A stretch of 64,000 nt of DNA from an uncultured Candidatus Rokubacteria bacterium (GTDB lineage Bacteria; Methylomirabilota; Methylomirabilia; Rokubacteriales; CSP1-6), in contig CAVWFS010000001.1 of assembly GCA_963754315.1 (NCBI GenBank), positions 351,885 to 415,884 on the forward strand. Direction: 5' to 3'. Position numbers and translations under genes: made by a program. The notes below the pieces were generated by a model. The model searched no databases. It was not told the DNA's origin and saw nothing but the letters and a program-made list of their open reading frames with translations. This document shows, piece after piece, positions 50,591-61,285 of the stretch (position 1 is the stretch's first letter; every line of letters begins with the position of its first letter).

Positions 50591-52209
50591 ATGATGACCA
50601 GTCATTCGGGTCAGATCAGTCGGCGGACGTTCCTCCGTGCAATCGGTACCGCGGCGGCGGCCGGCACTTCGAGCCTGCTGCCGGCCCGTCACGCTCAGGC
50701 ACAGATCGGACCTCGCCGCTTCGTCATCCGCGAAGACCGATTCGGTCGCATCTTTCCGGAGCTCCCTGCCTTTGCGAACGCTGGTCCTGCGCTCGAGGAG
50801 GCGTTGCGGGACATCGGCAAACCTGGGGGCATGCTCGACGCCAAGGACAATCTCGCGGCCGGCCCGGTGGACCTCATCGTCGATCCCACGCTCAGCGAGA
50901 ACAACCCGAACAGCTCCACGCAGACGGCCGGAGCGACTTTCATGGGCCAGTTCATGGATCACGACATGACGTTCGACCTGACGTCCCGGCTCGGCGTACC
51001 AGCGGACCCTACGGACTCGCCCAACTCCCGCACGCCGGGCCTCGACCTCGACTCCGTGTATGGTGGAGGGCCACTCGCTGATCCGGAGCTCTACGTACTG
51101 TCGAGCGGACGCCGGCTCCACCATCACCCCACCCGGTTCAAGATCGAGAGCGGCGGCCTCTTCGAGGACGTGCCTCGAGACCGCCATGGCACGGCGATCA
51201 TCGCCGACCCGCGCAACGATGAGAATCTCATCATCAGCGGCCTCCAGGCCGCCTTCCTCAGCTTCCATAACAGCGCGGTGGACCTAGTGGTGAGCCACGA
51301 CCGTCACGAAACGGGCCACGAGGTATTTCGCCAGGCGCGCCGGCTCACGACCTGGCATTACCAGTGGATGATTCTTCATGAATTCCTGCCGCGTTTCATC
51401 GGGGAGGCGATGGTCGAGGACATCCTCCGCCACGGCCGGAAATTCTACCGGCCACGCGTGGCGCAGATCCCCGTCGAGTTCCAGGGGGCCGCCTACCGCT
51501 TTGGCCATACGCTGGTGCGGCCCTCCTACCGGGCGAACCTAGCAGGCGACAGCGGGCAGCCGTTCTTCGGAATGATCTTCGACCCAACAGGGGAAGGCGC
51601 CAGCGACCCCGTCGATCTGCGGGGTGGTGCGCGGGCACCCCGACGCTTCATCGGCTGGCAGACGTTCTTCGATTTCGGCGGAATTCCCCGACCGGGCGGT
51701 CAGCCCGGCACGCTCGGGGAAGACATGAGGCCGAACAAATTGATCGACGCGAGGATTTCCACACCGCTGTTCAACCTTCCGCTTGGCGCGATCGCGTCAG
51801 GCGACCCGCCCACCGCGCTCCCCCAGCGCAACCTGCTCCGTCACATCACCTGGCAGCTCCCGTCAGGCCAGAGGATCGCGCAGGCCATGGGCGTCCCGCT
51901 GCTCTCCAAAGCGGATCTGAGTGAGCTGAGCGGCTATGGCCTGGGTCTCGATGAGTCCACGCCACTCTGGCTGTACATCCTCCAGGAAGGCCACGTCATG
52001 GAAGGTGGCCAGCACCTCGGCCCCGTCGGTGGCCGCCTCGTCGGCGAGGTCATCATCGGGCTTCTGCAGCTCGACCGGGAGTCTTATTGTGGGCCCGTCC
52101 GCGCTGGCGACCGCAGCTGCCGACCACGAGCGGCCGCGTGACCGGAGACTTCCGGATGATCGACTTCCTCACGTTTGCCGGCGTCGATCCCACAAGGCGT
52201 GGCCAGTGA
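50591..52209 (+). CDS. Tat-exported heme peroxidase (peroxidase-cyclooxygenase/animal-type family), frameshift near 52090
   Basis: SRRTFL; FMGQFMDHD, LDLDSVYG, IADPRNDEN, WHYQW, AAYRFGH, LPSGQ, TPLWLYIL. Confidence 0.88.
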
Positions 52210-52648
52210 ACAGGAGAGGCCATCCGGACTGGCGCGGTCCTGATCACGGCCTACGCGCTCGCGCTGGGGTCCTAGTAGGCATGGCGATGGAACGCCTCCG
52301 CTTCGATCGCCATCGAGCCGTCGTGCTTCGGGAGTACGAGGAAAAGACAGCCCGGGTGCGCAAGTGGCTCATGGAGCCGGAGGGCAACACCGCGCGTGGT
52401 GCCGCGCATTCTCGGGCCTCCCTCCTCAAGCAGGAGGTTCACCCCGATTGAACAGCGATTTCCTGCCGCCTTCCGCTGCCTGGACCGCCGAGTCCGGGTT
52501 CCATTCCGCAGCCCAGCTGCGTCGCAGTCTGATCGCCGACCGAGTGGACCCGGACGCTGGACCGGTCGATTTCCCAGAAAACCCTTGTGTCAGCCCCGAC
52601 GGCACCGCTACAGGAAGGTTTCTGCCGGGTTAGCTCATGTAAGTTTGG

Positions 52649-52669
52649 TGGTGGCCCCAACGGGATTCG
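52649..52669 (-). repeat. 3'-end fragment of a different tRNA (Glu-like), att remnant
   Basis: Minus strand CGAATCCCGTTGGGGCCACCA. Confidence 0.65.
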
Positions 52670-52693
52670 GGCTCAAAAGGAGGAGACTACCTA

Positions 52694-53074
52694 ATGAACA
52701 GATTTCTTCTCGCACTCGCAGTGCTGGTGTTGGCATACAACCCGGCGCAGGCCGAATTCATGGGGACCTTGCAGAGAGACCAAGCCTGGCTGCTAGAAAT
52801 AGCCTCAGCGTCGACTGGGGACACGGCCGTGACGGTCTACTCCCTCGACCGGAGATTTGACGTGATCGAGACCGTGTCGGTCCCACCCGCTGTCACCGTT
52901 CAGCAAACTATCTCGAGGCCCGGAAGGGGCGTCACACGGATCATCGTCGAGGTGGACCCAATCCTCGGCGGCCAGGTCACCGTGCGGGTCGCGCAGGGAG
53001 CTGAACAGTTCATTTCCACAATGGCCAGCTCTCGTGGGGGAGAGAGCTTCCGGTTGGTGTTTGACGTCCCCTGA
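52694..53074 (+). CDS. Secreted hypothetical beta-rich protein
   Basis: AGGAGG RBS; signal peptide ending AQA; followed by an attC-like site. Confidence 0.75.
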   Translation: MNRFLLALAVLVLAYNPAQAEFMGTLQRDQAWLLEIASASTGDTAVTVYSLDRRFDVIETVSVPPAVTVQQTISRPGRGVTRIIVEVDPILGGQVTVRVAQGAEQFISTMASSRGGESFRLVFDVP

Positions 53075-53136
53075 AGGCGGGCAGGTGGCCGGGTCAGAGC
53101 CTTCGTGTCCCGATACGCTCGGCCGTGCGCATGAGC

Positions 53137-53226
53137 ACCTAACAGGTCGGCAGATCGGGCCGGCATGGGCCGATGGCGTGACGTCAAACGCGCCAGCGCC
53201 GGCCGCTCAGCGCCTTTCCGTTAGGC
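53137..53226 (+). other. Integron attC-like site
   Basis: ACCTAAC...GTTAGGC with internal dyad gccggc..tggcgtg/cgcgcca..gccggc. Confidence 0.62.
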
Positions 53227-53415
53227 AGGCGAGGGTGCCACTGGAGCTCAAGGGTGGGAAGGGGAGCGGCCTGACGCAAGAAGAGTTCGAATGTAGCGAC
53301 TCTGACCGTTCAATGTGCACGGGGCCGGCCGCTGTTGTCTCCGTCTGTTTAGGTGAAAAGAACCGTCAGCGTAACCGTCAGTGTATTGGAACACTCTGAT
53401 TCTGTTGAGATGTGT

Positions 53416-53464
53416 CGGCCCTCTCAAGGCTGAAACGGGGGTTCGAATCCCCCTGGGGCCACCA
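53416..53464 (+). repeat. att copy 3: 3' 49 nt of tRNA-Glu
   Basis: Identical to 31615-31663. Confidence 0.95.
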
Positions 53465-53487
53465 GTTCCGGGCGCACTTGTCGGCCT

Positions 53488-54649
53488 CGTGATGTCCGAA
53501 AACTCATCCCATGCTCACGCTGCGCGGTGATAGTAGCGCAACAGCCCTCCTAGCCGGTCCCGACAGCGTACCCGGGTGGCGCCAGCGACAGCGGCTGCCG
53601 GGGTGATCAACTCGTTGCCGAGCCCTTGATGGTTCCGCTCGCCATGGTAGTGAGCGACGAACTCGGCGAGGGCGCGGAAGAGCCGACGCTCCCCGAAGAG
53701 GATCAGGCGGTCGAGACACTCCTCTCGGATCGAGCGCACGAAGCGCTCCGCGTAGGCGTTGGCATTCGGCGCCCGGATAGGCGTCAGCACGATCCGCACG
53801 CCGGCGCTTTGGACGATACGGCGAAAGTCATCGGTCCACTTGCTGTCGCGATCGCAGATGAGAACGCTGTGGCCCACCAGGAACCCATCGACCGCATCGG
53901 TCAGTCGACGAGCCGTCTGCGCCATGAACCGGCCATCCGGGGTGGGCGTCGAGCCTGCCACGTGAACCCGTCGGCTTCGGAGATCGAGCACGAAGAGCGT
54001 GTAGTAGGTAATGAGCCCTCGCGGGGTCCAGACCTCGGTGGTGAAGAAGTCGGCCCCCGCGATCTCGCCCCAGTGAGCCCGCAGGAACGTCCGCCAGGAT
54101 GACGGCCGGTCCGGCGGCGGGCGGGATCCCATGGTCTTTCAGGACCTTGGCGACCGTACTCCTGGCCACGTCATGGCCCAGATTCTTCAGCGCCCCTTGG
54201 ATCCGCGTGTAGCCCCACGTGGAATTCTCGGTGGCCATCCGCACAATCAGGGTCGAGATCTCCTTCATGACCCCGGGACGGCCTGGCCGCTTCGGCGTGA
54301 ACGTCCACTTCCGGGCGATCAGCTGGCGGTGCCACCGCAGGATCGTGTCGGGCGTCACGAGGGTGGCGACCTGCCTCAAGAGCCGGCGCCCGAGTCGTCG
54401 GCCTTTGGCGGCGAGGCGGCGGCGCTGGTCGTCGGTCAGCCGGAGGCGGCGCCCGTTCATCTGCCCCTTGAGGACCCGGTTCTCCTCGACCAGGTATTCG
54501 ATGACGTGTTGTTGGTGGCGGTTGATCCAACCCGCGAGGGTCACGAGCAGCACCTGCAAGGGGTAGACATCGGTCGTCATGGGCCGATCGTACCGTGCCT
54601 CAACCCGGCCCGTACCGAGTGGGGCTCGGCCGAGTATTCGGACCCTACG
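53488..54649 (-). mobile_element. IS-like element with integrase-core (rve, DDE) transposase 53515-54580, frameshift near 54125
   Basis: YLVEENRVL, WGYTRIQGAL, ADFFTTEV, ICDRDSK, PNANAYAERFVRSIREECLD; imperfect TIRs cgtgatgtccgaaaactc / gagtattcggaccctacg. Confidence 0.85.
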
Positions 54650-55177
54650 CGCTCCTGGTCCAGGGCGCGTGGTGCATTCTGCGCCGGCGGAAGAGAGTAG
54701 AAACAGCGGCGCTGCGCGCCTGCGGGGGATGGGATTGCGAGCCGGCGGGGCCGGCCCATCGCCGTGGTGGCGCTGGCGCGACGTCTGGCCGGGATCCTCT
54801 TTGCGATCTGGCGGGACGGGACGGTCTATGACGCGACTAAAGTGCGCGGACCGCTGCCGGCACGCCGGGCCGCCTAGACGGGCAAGGGGAGGGGCAGATT
54901 GATCGGTCGCTCAGCTGTGAGACGGGGTGAATGGGCGGTGAGCGCGAGCCTCTTCTTGGCTGATGTTGAGAGCCGTGACCCAGATGGCGCCGCCGCCCGC
55001 TCGCATCACCATCATGCGCGGGCGAGTTGAACCTCGCCACTGACAGCGCGAAGAGAAGGATGACAAACCTCGCACAGCGAGCATGACCCCCACGCGTTGA
55101 TCGCCCTCACGGAGGAAGCGCAGAGCGAAGGAGCTGATGCAACCAACGAGCAGTGCTCTTGACAAGCCGCTTCAGGA
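54650..55177 (+). mobile_element. IS110-family (IS1111-type) remnant: transposase C-terminus to TAG 54875-54877 plus long right non-coding end
   Basis: LLVQGAW...RRGRPIAVVALARRLAGILFAIWRDGTVYD; outward TTGACA at 55159-55164 near the right end. Confidence 0.85.
54878..55160 (+). ncRNA. Candidate bridge/seek RNA of the IS110-family element
   Basis: Stem 54933-54945/54987-54998 encloses a 12x12 internal loop with GCCTCTTCT and GACCCAGA around the inner hairpin ggct/agcc; the first segment matches the flanking target. Confidence 0.72.
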
Positions 55178-55408
55178 AGAAGAGGTGGTCCGCTCTGCGT
55201 AAGCGGGGCCGGGTCATCATTCGCTTGTAGACGGCGAGCTGCTGACGCAAGGCGAGGTTTTCCAGGGCGAGCTGGCGGTGGCCGCCGAGGAGGACGGGGA
55301 GAAGCCGAAGCAGGCGGAGCAGGAGAGTGATCATCGAGCTGAGATAGTGGACGAGTCCAGACCGACGGATCAACCCTTTGCCCGGCGGATGAGGTTTGGC
55401 GAGCGACA
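55178..55408 (-). mobile_element. 5' end of rve-transposase element interrupted by the IS110 insertion
   Basis: MITLLLRLLRLLP...QLALENLALRQQLAVYKR...RADHLF, then IS end; TIR ...gaggtttggcgagcgaca. Confidence 0.8.
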
Positions 55409-55439
55409 GGCTCGAGGGTCGGACTCTCCCAGACACGCT

Positions 55440-55700
55440 CGACCGAGGCGTAATGTCGAGGTGCAACTCTCCCGCCGGTGGCGCCGCCGCAGCAACCGCG
55501 GGCAAACGCGCGAGCGTCGGCGGCGCCAGATCGGCGGCGTTCTCGTGGAAATACGTCGGGAAGAGAAAGAAGCCGCGATGCTCCACGCCGAAGGCCGAGC
55601 CGGGCTCGCGGATCCCGCCCTTACGCAGCATGAGGATCTGGCGACCGGTGGCCTCCTGGCAGATCACGGCCCATTCCTTCAAGGCCACGTCACTGACGGC
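55440..55700 (-). pseudogene. DUF1802-family protein, N-terminal fragment
   Basis: ALKEWAVIC...GRQILMLRKGGIRE...FFLFPTYFH. Confidence 0.75.
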
Positions 55701-55855
55701 GAAACACGACTCACGATAGCATGGCGGCACGACCTCATCAGGGCATGCCCGGGTCCATGATACTGTTGCAGTCCCGAGATACGTGACCGCCTATTCATAC
55801 GGCAGTTTCCGCCGGACCGTTACGGCCAGCGCCATCACGATCTTGGCCCTCTTGG

Positions 55856-57956
55856 TTGTTTGGGGCGGCTCTGTCCCAGGTTCAGGCTGACCAGCGGGGC
55901 AAGCCTTGGCCGCGCCACCCCCGCCCGCCGACCTACGATGCAGCGATCCGGGAAGGGCGGGAAGCCGCCCAGGATGTATTGAAGGACGGCCGGGCCTCGG
56001 CCCTCACGATCGCGCTTGTGGCCCGCAGCGGAGTTATCTGGAGCCAGGCCTTCGGCCTCGCCGATCGAGAGGCCGGCAAGGCGGCCACCGCTCAGACCAT
56101 GTTCGGCATCGGTTCGGTGAGCAAGCTTTTCGCGACCATCGCCGCCATGAAGCTCGTGGACAAGGGGTTGGTCGACCTTGACAGGCCGCTCATCGACTAC
56201 CTGCCGGACTTCCGGATGGCTTCCGCCGGATTACGGGAAGATCACGGTCCGGATGCTCCTCAATCACTCCTCGGGCTTCCCGGGGACGGACTATCGCAAT
56301 GCCGAAACCACCTCACCCTTTCCGGGATATCTCGATCAGGTCCTGCAGTCGCTCTCGATTGAGCGGCTGAAGGCGCCGCCCGGCTACATGAACGTCTATT
56401 GCAATGACGGCTTCACCCTCATCGCGGCCCTCGTCCCGGCGACGACCGGCAAGAGCTTCGTCCAGTTCGTTCAGGACGAGATCCTGACCCCGCTCGGCAT
56501 GGACAATACCCGCTACCCGACCGCGCCATTCCCCGACGGCTCATATGCCAAGGCCTACAGGAACGGCGCCGCCCAGCCCCAGGAGTTCGTGAATGTCCTT
56601 GCCGCGGGCGGGGTTTACAGTACCGCGAACGACCTGGCGCGCCTCGCCATGATGTTCCTCGGCGGCGGAACGGTGGGCAGGATCCGCATCCTTTCCGAAG
56701 CTTCAGTGGCCGAAATGGCCGTGGACCAGACCATCGGTACCTTCAACCCGGTCCGCTCCGAGGCATTCGCTTTCGGGCTCGGCTGGGACACCGTCACCGA
56801 GCCGGGCTTGCAGGCCGTCGGCTTCGACGGCTGGGGCAAGGGCGGCGATATCACCGACTATGGCGCGGCGATCATCGTTTCGCCCAAGGCGCAACTCGCC
56901 GCCGTGGTGATCGGCGCCTCGTGGCGTCGGGCTTCGGCTCCGACAAGCGACCGCCGATCGCCCAGCGGGTGCTGCTCCGCGCGCTGGCGGAAAACGGTCG
57001 GATCCCGGACTTTCCATCGCCGCTTCCCCCCGTGGTGCCCCCGGTGGAGGCGGTCCCCGACGGCCTCCTGACGGCCATCGCGGGAGAATACGCGGCGTTC
57101 AACTTCATCGTCCGGCTCCAGCCGCAGCCCGACGGCTCCCTGCTGTTCTTCACGCTATCCGACCACGGCTGGACGCCAGGCCCGAACCCGTTGAAGCACC
57201 GCGGCGACGGGTGGTTCTCGGCCGACCAGGACTCCCCTGAAATCGATGAAGGTCATCGAAGCGGCCGGCACCCAGTACATCGTGTCGCGCAGCCCGGGCG
57301 GCTACGGACACTACCTCGACGATCAACTGCTGGCACAAAGGGTGCGCGGCCCGGGCCGCGACCTCTCGGCCGCCTGGCGCGCCCGGCTCTCCGGAACATG
57401 GCTCCTGGTGAACGAGAGCCCGGACTCACTCTTGTGGCCGACGATGGACCCGCGCCTGCGCCTGGCCACCGTCCCCGAGCTGAACGGGCTCATCGCCGTC
57501 CGGCCCTCCGACAACGAGCCGGGGTTCTACATCGTCGATCCGTCGGCCAGCGACACCGTCGCCACGATGATGCTCATCATTCCCCAGCTGGACGGCCGCG
57601 ATCTCAACGACCTCGACATCGTGGTGCGGGACGGCGTGGAGTGGACCCGCTTCGGCAGCTACATGCACAGGCCGCTCGAGGCGGTGCCAGTGCTGCCGCG
57701 CGGCGCTACGAGCACGGTCACCATCGGCCCTGATGGCTACGCCGAGTGGCGCGCCGTCGCCACCGACTCGACCCCGGTCGAGCGTGGACATCGCCACGAC
57801 CGGCGCCTGGCGGATCTACGACTCGGCGTTCACATCGGTAGCAAACGGGAAGGGAACTCCCGAGCCTTGCTGCCGGCCGCGAGCGGGCTCGCCTACATCA
57901 TTTTCTTCGGGGATCCGGGACAGACGATAGCAGTGACTGTTTCTGGCGAGCGCTAG
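55856..57956 (+). CDS. Secreted serine hydrolase (beta-lactamase-related), several frameshifts
   Basis: FGIGSVSKLF, LLNHSSG, YCNDGF, FGLGWD, KGGD in consecutive frames; start uncertain. Confidence 0.8.
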
Positions 57957-59348
57957 TGGCACGTCCCGAACGCATCCTTGATCCACGCGAAGATGTTTCG
58001 AACCTGTCCCTCGCCAGAAGTCGATCCGGTCGCGTTGCGACCAGTCGGGACCCTCGCCCGCGGCATGTTGCGGACCAATCGAACCTGTGTCCCTACGGGA
58101 CGCCTAGCCCTTCGCTATAACCCCATCCGGCCGAGATCGCGACGATCCGGGACGCTGAACTGGCGGCGCGTTGCTGACCGGTCAAGCTGGGCTTCAGGCA
58201 CGCCTCCGCGACACGATAAGGAGGTCGTCGCCGTGTCGCCAACGCGGCGCTGGATCCTCAGGTCGGGAACACCACGCCGAGAAGAGAGAATCGCGAGGCG
58301 GTTGCGGTGCTGTGCTAGGCGCGCCAGGTGACGCTCGGCTTGCCGCCCGCCGCACGTATCGATGATGCAAGCCACCGACTTCGGGGATGTGGACAACCTT
58401 TCCGAACTGCGGCGGCTCGACTGGCCTCGCGTCTGGTGCGTCCTTGGTGAGGGAGAGGTGGGTCCGGGTGCGGTGGTAGTACGCGAAGTACGCTGTCAGG
58501 ATATTTCGCAGGTGGCGCTCGCTGAGGACGAGGACATGGTCGAGACACTCTCGCCGGATCGAGCCGATGAGGCGTTCCGCGAAGGGATTCTGCCACGGAC
58601 TTCGGGCCGCCGTGAGGACTTCTTGGATCTGCATGCCCTTCACGCGGTGGCGGAAGGAGTCCCCGTAGATCGCATCGCGATCGCGTAGGAGATCGGCGGG
58701 GGCGGTATCGTCGGGAAAGGCGTCCACGATTTGCTGGGCGGTCCAAGCAGAGGTGGGATGGTCGGTGATGTTGAAGTGCCGGACACGACGCCGATGATGG
58801 GCGAGGATAAACAGGACGAAGAGCACACGCAAGCGAGCGGTGGGAACGGTGAAGAAGTCGATCGAAACCAGGTCCGGGGCATGGTTGGTGAGGAACGTTC
58901 GCCAGGTTTGGGACGGAGGCGTGCGCCGCTTGGGGATCAGGCGAGAGACCGTGCGCTCGGCCACGTCAATCCCGAGCTTAAGGAGTTCCCCATGGATTCT
59001 CGGCGCACCCCATAGCGGATTGGCGGCGGCCATCTTGCGGACGAGGGCCCTGAGCACGGCGTTGACTGGCGGGCGGCCTACGGTGGGCCGGCCGGAGAGC
59101 TTGGCCCAGTGCTCACGAAAGCGACGCCGCTGCCAACGCAGGACCGTCTCGGGAGTCACGAACACGAGGGACTGCCTCCACTCGGTCCAGACCTTGGTCA
59201 GCCCAATCCAGAAGAGGCGGTCCGCTGTGCGCAGCCTGGGCCGGGCCACGGTTCGCTTGTACACGGCGAGCTGCTGGCGCAAAGCCAGGTTCTCGATGGC
59301 GAGCTGGCGATAGTCGCCGAAGAGGAAGGGGAGGAGCCGGAGCAGGTG

Positions 59349-61285
59349 GCAGCGACCAGGAAATGCAGTGACGAGGGGACGGGAGGCGTCCAGGTCTCTC
59401 CGAAACTCGTCGAGCGGACCCAGTGGGTGCAACTCCCAACCGGCGAATGGGTAGCCGCCGCGCCGGAACCGAGTCTTGCAGGGTGACGGGTGACCGCCAT
59501 TTTGATGCGTAGACAGGGAGTGCGTGGGCCGGTGTGGGCCAGCCCCGAAAACGACAACGTCGCGGTTGCCGAGACGTTCACTTGCCGTCGAAGGCAACAC
59601 TCGACCGTCCGCGAGGGCGAGGACGGCCGAGACCGCCGGGGTACATGGCATCGGCACGGGCACAAGGGTTCGACTGCAACCTGGGAGACCTCGCCGTTTC
59701 CCGGGCAGGGTTCGGGCAGGCAGGCGCAAGGGAGACCGGAGCGCCCGCCGATGAGCGGCGAGGAGTCGGATCGGGGTGAGTACCGATGACCCCGGGGAAG
59801 TCGCAGGTGGACGACCCGGGCGAGGGAAAGGCCCGACAGAGGCGGGGTCCGCTGGGGGGACACATGGGCGGCGCCCAGAAGCCGAGCACCATGTCTCCGG
59901 AACTCCAGCAGATAGCCGAGAAGGCAAGAGGGGACCGGAAGCTGCAGTTCACGTCGGTGGCGCACCTGCTGACGGTGGAGGCGCTGGAGTCGGCGTGGAA
60001 GGCGCTGAAGAAGCGCAGCAGCGCTGGGATCGACGGAGTGACTGCGACGGAATATGAGCAGGATCTCCGGGGCCACTTGGAGCGGCTGCATGAGCGGTTG
60101 CGCGCCGGGCAGTACGTAGCACCGCCGGTGCGTCGCAGCTACGTGCCGAAGGAGGGAGCCGCGCTTCGGCCGATCGGGATTCCCACCATCGAGGACAAGA
60201 TTGTCCAAGCCGCGGTGGCGCGGATACTGTCGGCGATATACGAGCAAGACTTCCTGTCGTGTTCCTATGGGTTCCGTCCCGGGCGCAGTGCGCACGATGC
60301 GCTGCCCGCGCTGGATCAGGCGATCTATCGAGGGCGGGTGAACTATGTGCTCGAGGTGGACATCCACGCATTCTTTGATGAACTGGACAGGGGCGTGCTG
60401 AGGATGTTCCTCGAGCATCGGGTAAAGGATCGGAGTCTGCTACGGCTGATTGCGAAGTGGCTGCACGCGGGGGTTCTGGAGGACGGCGTAGTGTACCACC
60501 CGGAGAGAGGGACCCCGCAGGGTGGGGTGGTCAGTCCCATCCTGGCAAACGTGTATCTGCACTACGCGTTGGACCTGTGGGCTGAGAAGGTGATGCGACG
60601 GGGGCTGCGCGGCGAGTTCTATATGGTTCGCTACGCGGATGATGTTGTGTTTGCCTTTCAGTACCCGGACGACGCAGCACGGTTCGCGGAGGCGCTTCGA
60701 GAGCGACTGGGGAAGTTTGGGCTGCGGCTGAACGAGGCGAAGACCCGGCTCATGGAGTTTGGGCGCTTTGCGGAGAGCAACGCAGCGCGGCGGAACCAGA
60801 AGCCAGCGACCTTCGACTTCCTCGGGTTCACTCATATCTGTGGGGTGAGCCGTAAGGGGCGGTTTAAGGTCCTCCGTCACACCGCGTCGAAGCGGCTGCG
60901 GCGGGCGATCAGTCGGGTCGCGGCATGGTGTCGGGAGCATCGGCATCTGGCCGTGCCGGTCCAGTGGCGCTATCTCTGCAGCGTACTTCGTGGGCACTAT
61001 CAGTACTACGGAGTCACGGACAATCTACGCAGCCTCGAGGCTTTTCGTTTGCGGCTTTGCCGTGCCTGGCGGAAATGGTTGGACCGTCGGAGCCAGCGAG
61101 GTCACATGTCGTGGGAACGCTTTGCGGCTGTGCTGCGGCGATATCCGCTACCCGCGGCGTGGTTGCCGCACTCGGTGTATCGGCTTGCGTGATCGGTCAA
61201 TCCTGTCTCTGAAGAGCCGTGTGCCGGAAATCGGCTCGCACGGATCTGTGGGGGCGTAGGGCGGCAACAAACTATGCTACCCGAC
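59349..61285 (+). mobile_element. Group II intron
   Basis: Removal restores the host frame; D5 GAGCCGTGTGCCGGAAATCGGCTCGCACGGATC at 61214-61246; 3' end ...CTACCCGAC; EBS1 CACTTGC 59579-59585 pairs with flank GCAGGTG; 5' end reads GCAGCG rather than GTGCG. Confidence 0.9.
59891..61192 (+). CDS. ltrA: Group II intron reverse transcriptase/maturase without endonuclease domain
   Basis: RPIGIPTIEDK, SYGFRPGRS, GTPQGG, RYADD, FDFLGF, domain X; start could lie upstream (59786). Confidence 0.95.
   Translation: MSPELQQIAEKARGDRKLQFTSVAHLLTVEALESAWKALKKRSSAGIDGVTATEYEQDLRGHLERLHERLRAGQYVAPPVRRSYVPKEGAALRPIGIPTIEDKIVQAAVARILSAIYEQDFLSCSYGFRPGRSAHDALPALDQAIYRGRVNYVLEVDIHAFFDELDRGVLRMFLEHRVKDRSLLRLIAKWLHAGVLEDGVVYHPERGTPQGGVVSPILANVYLHYALDLWAEKVMRRGLRGEFYMVRYADDVVFAFQYPDDAARFAEALRERLGKFGLRLNEAKTRLMEFGRFAESNAARRNQKPATFDFLGFTHICGVSRKGRFKVLRHTASKRLRRAISRVAAWCREHRHLAVPVQWRYLCSVLRGHYQYYGVTDNLRSLEAFRLRLCRAWRKWLDRRSQRGHMSWERFAAVLRRYPLPAAWLPHSVYRLA

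Larger units (their letters stand above)
49619..53464. mobile_element. Genomic island unit 2 at tRNA-Glu (no intact integrase)
   Basis: Lies between att copies 2 and 3; both ends resemble the corresponding ends of unit 1. Confidence 0.75.

Noticed and set aside
49570..53464. Extra functional tRNA-Glu genes at 49570 and 53416
   Set aside because: They lack the 5' acceptor strand and D-arm; they are att duplications.
54100..54135. Programmed ribosomal frameshift in the transposase
   Set aside because: No clear slippery heptamer, and single-base indels are common throughout the window.
55000..55120. Assignment of a donor-binding loop in the IS110 RNA
   Set aside because: Hairpins exist (ggcgag/ctcgcc), but the IS left end is deleted, so donor pairing cannot be tested from this window.
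58194..59927. 577-aa transposase with long N-terminal extension
   Set aside because: The extension is antisense intron sequence; the true start is at 61303.
59891..61192. RT as retron, DGR or CRISPR-associated RT
   Set aside because: It has a maturase domain X, flanking D5/D6 and EBS1-IBS1 pairing, and precisely interrupts a host gene. No TR/VR pair or cas genes were seen.
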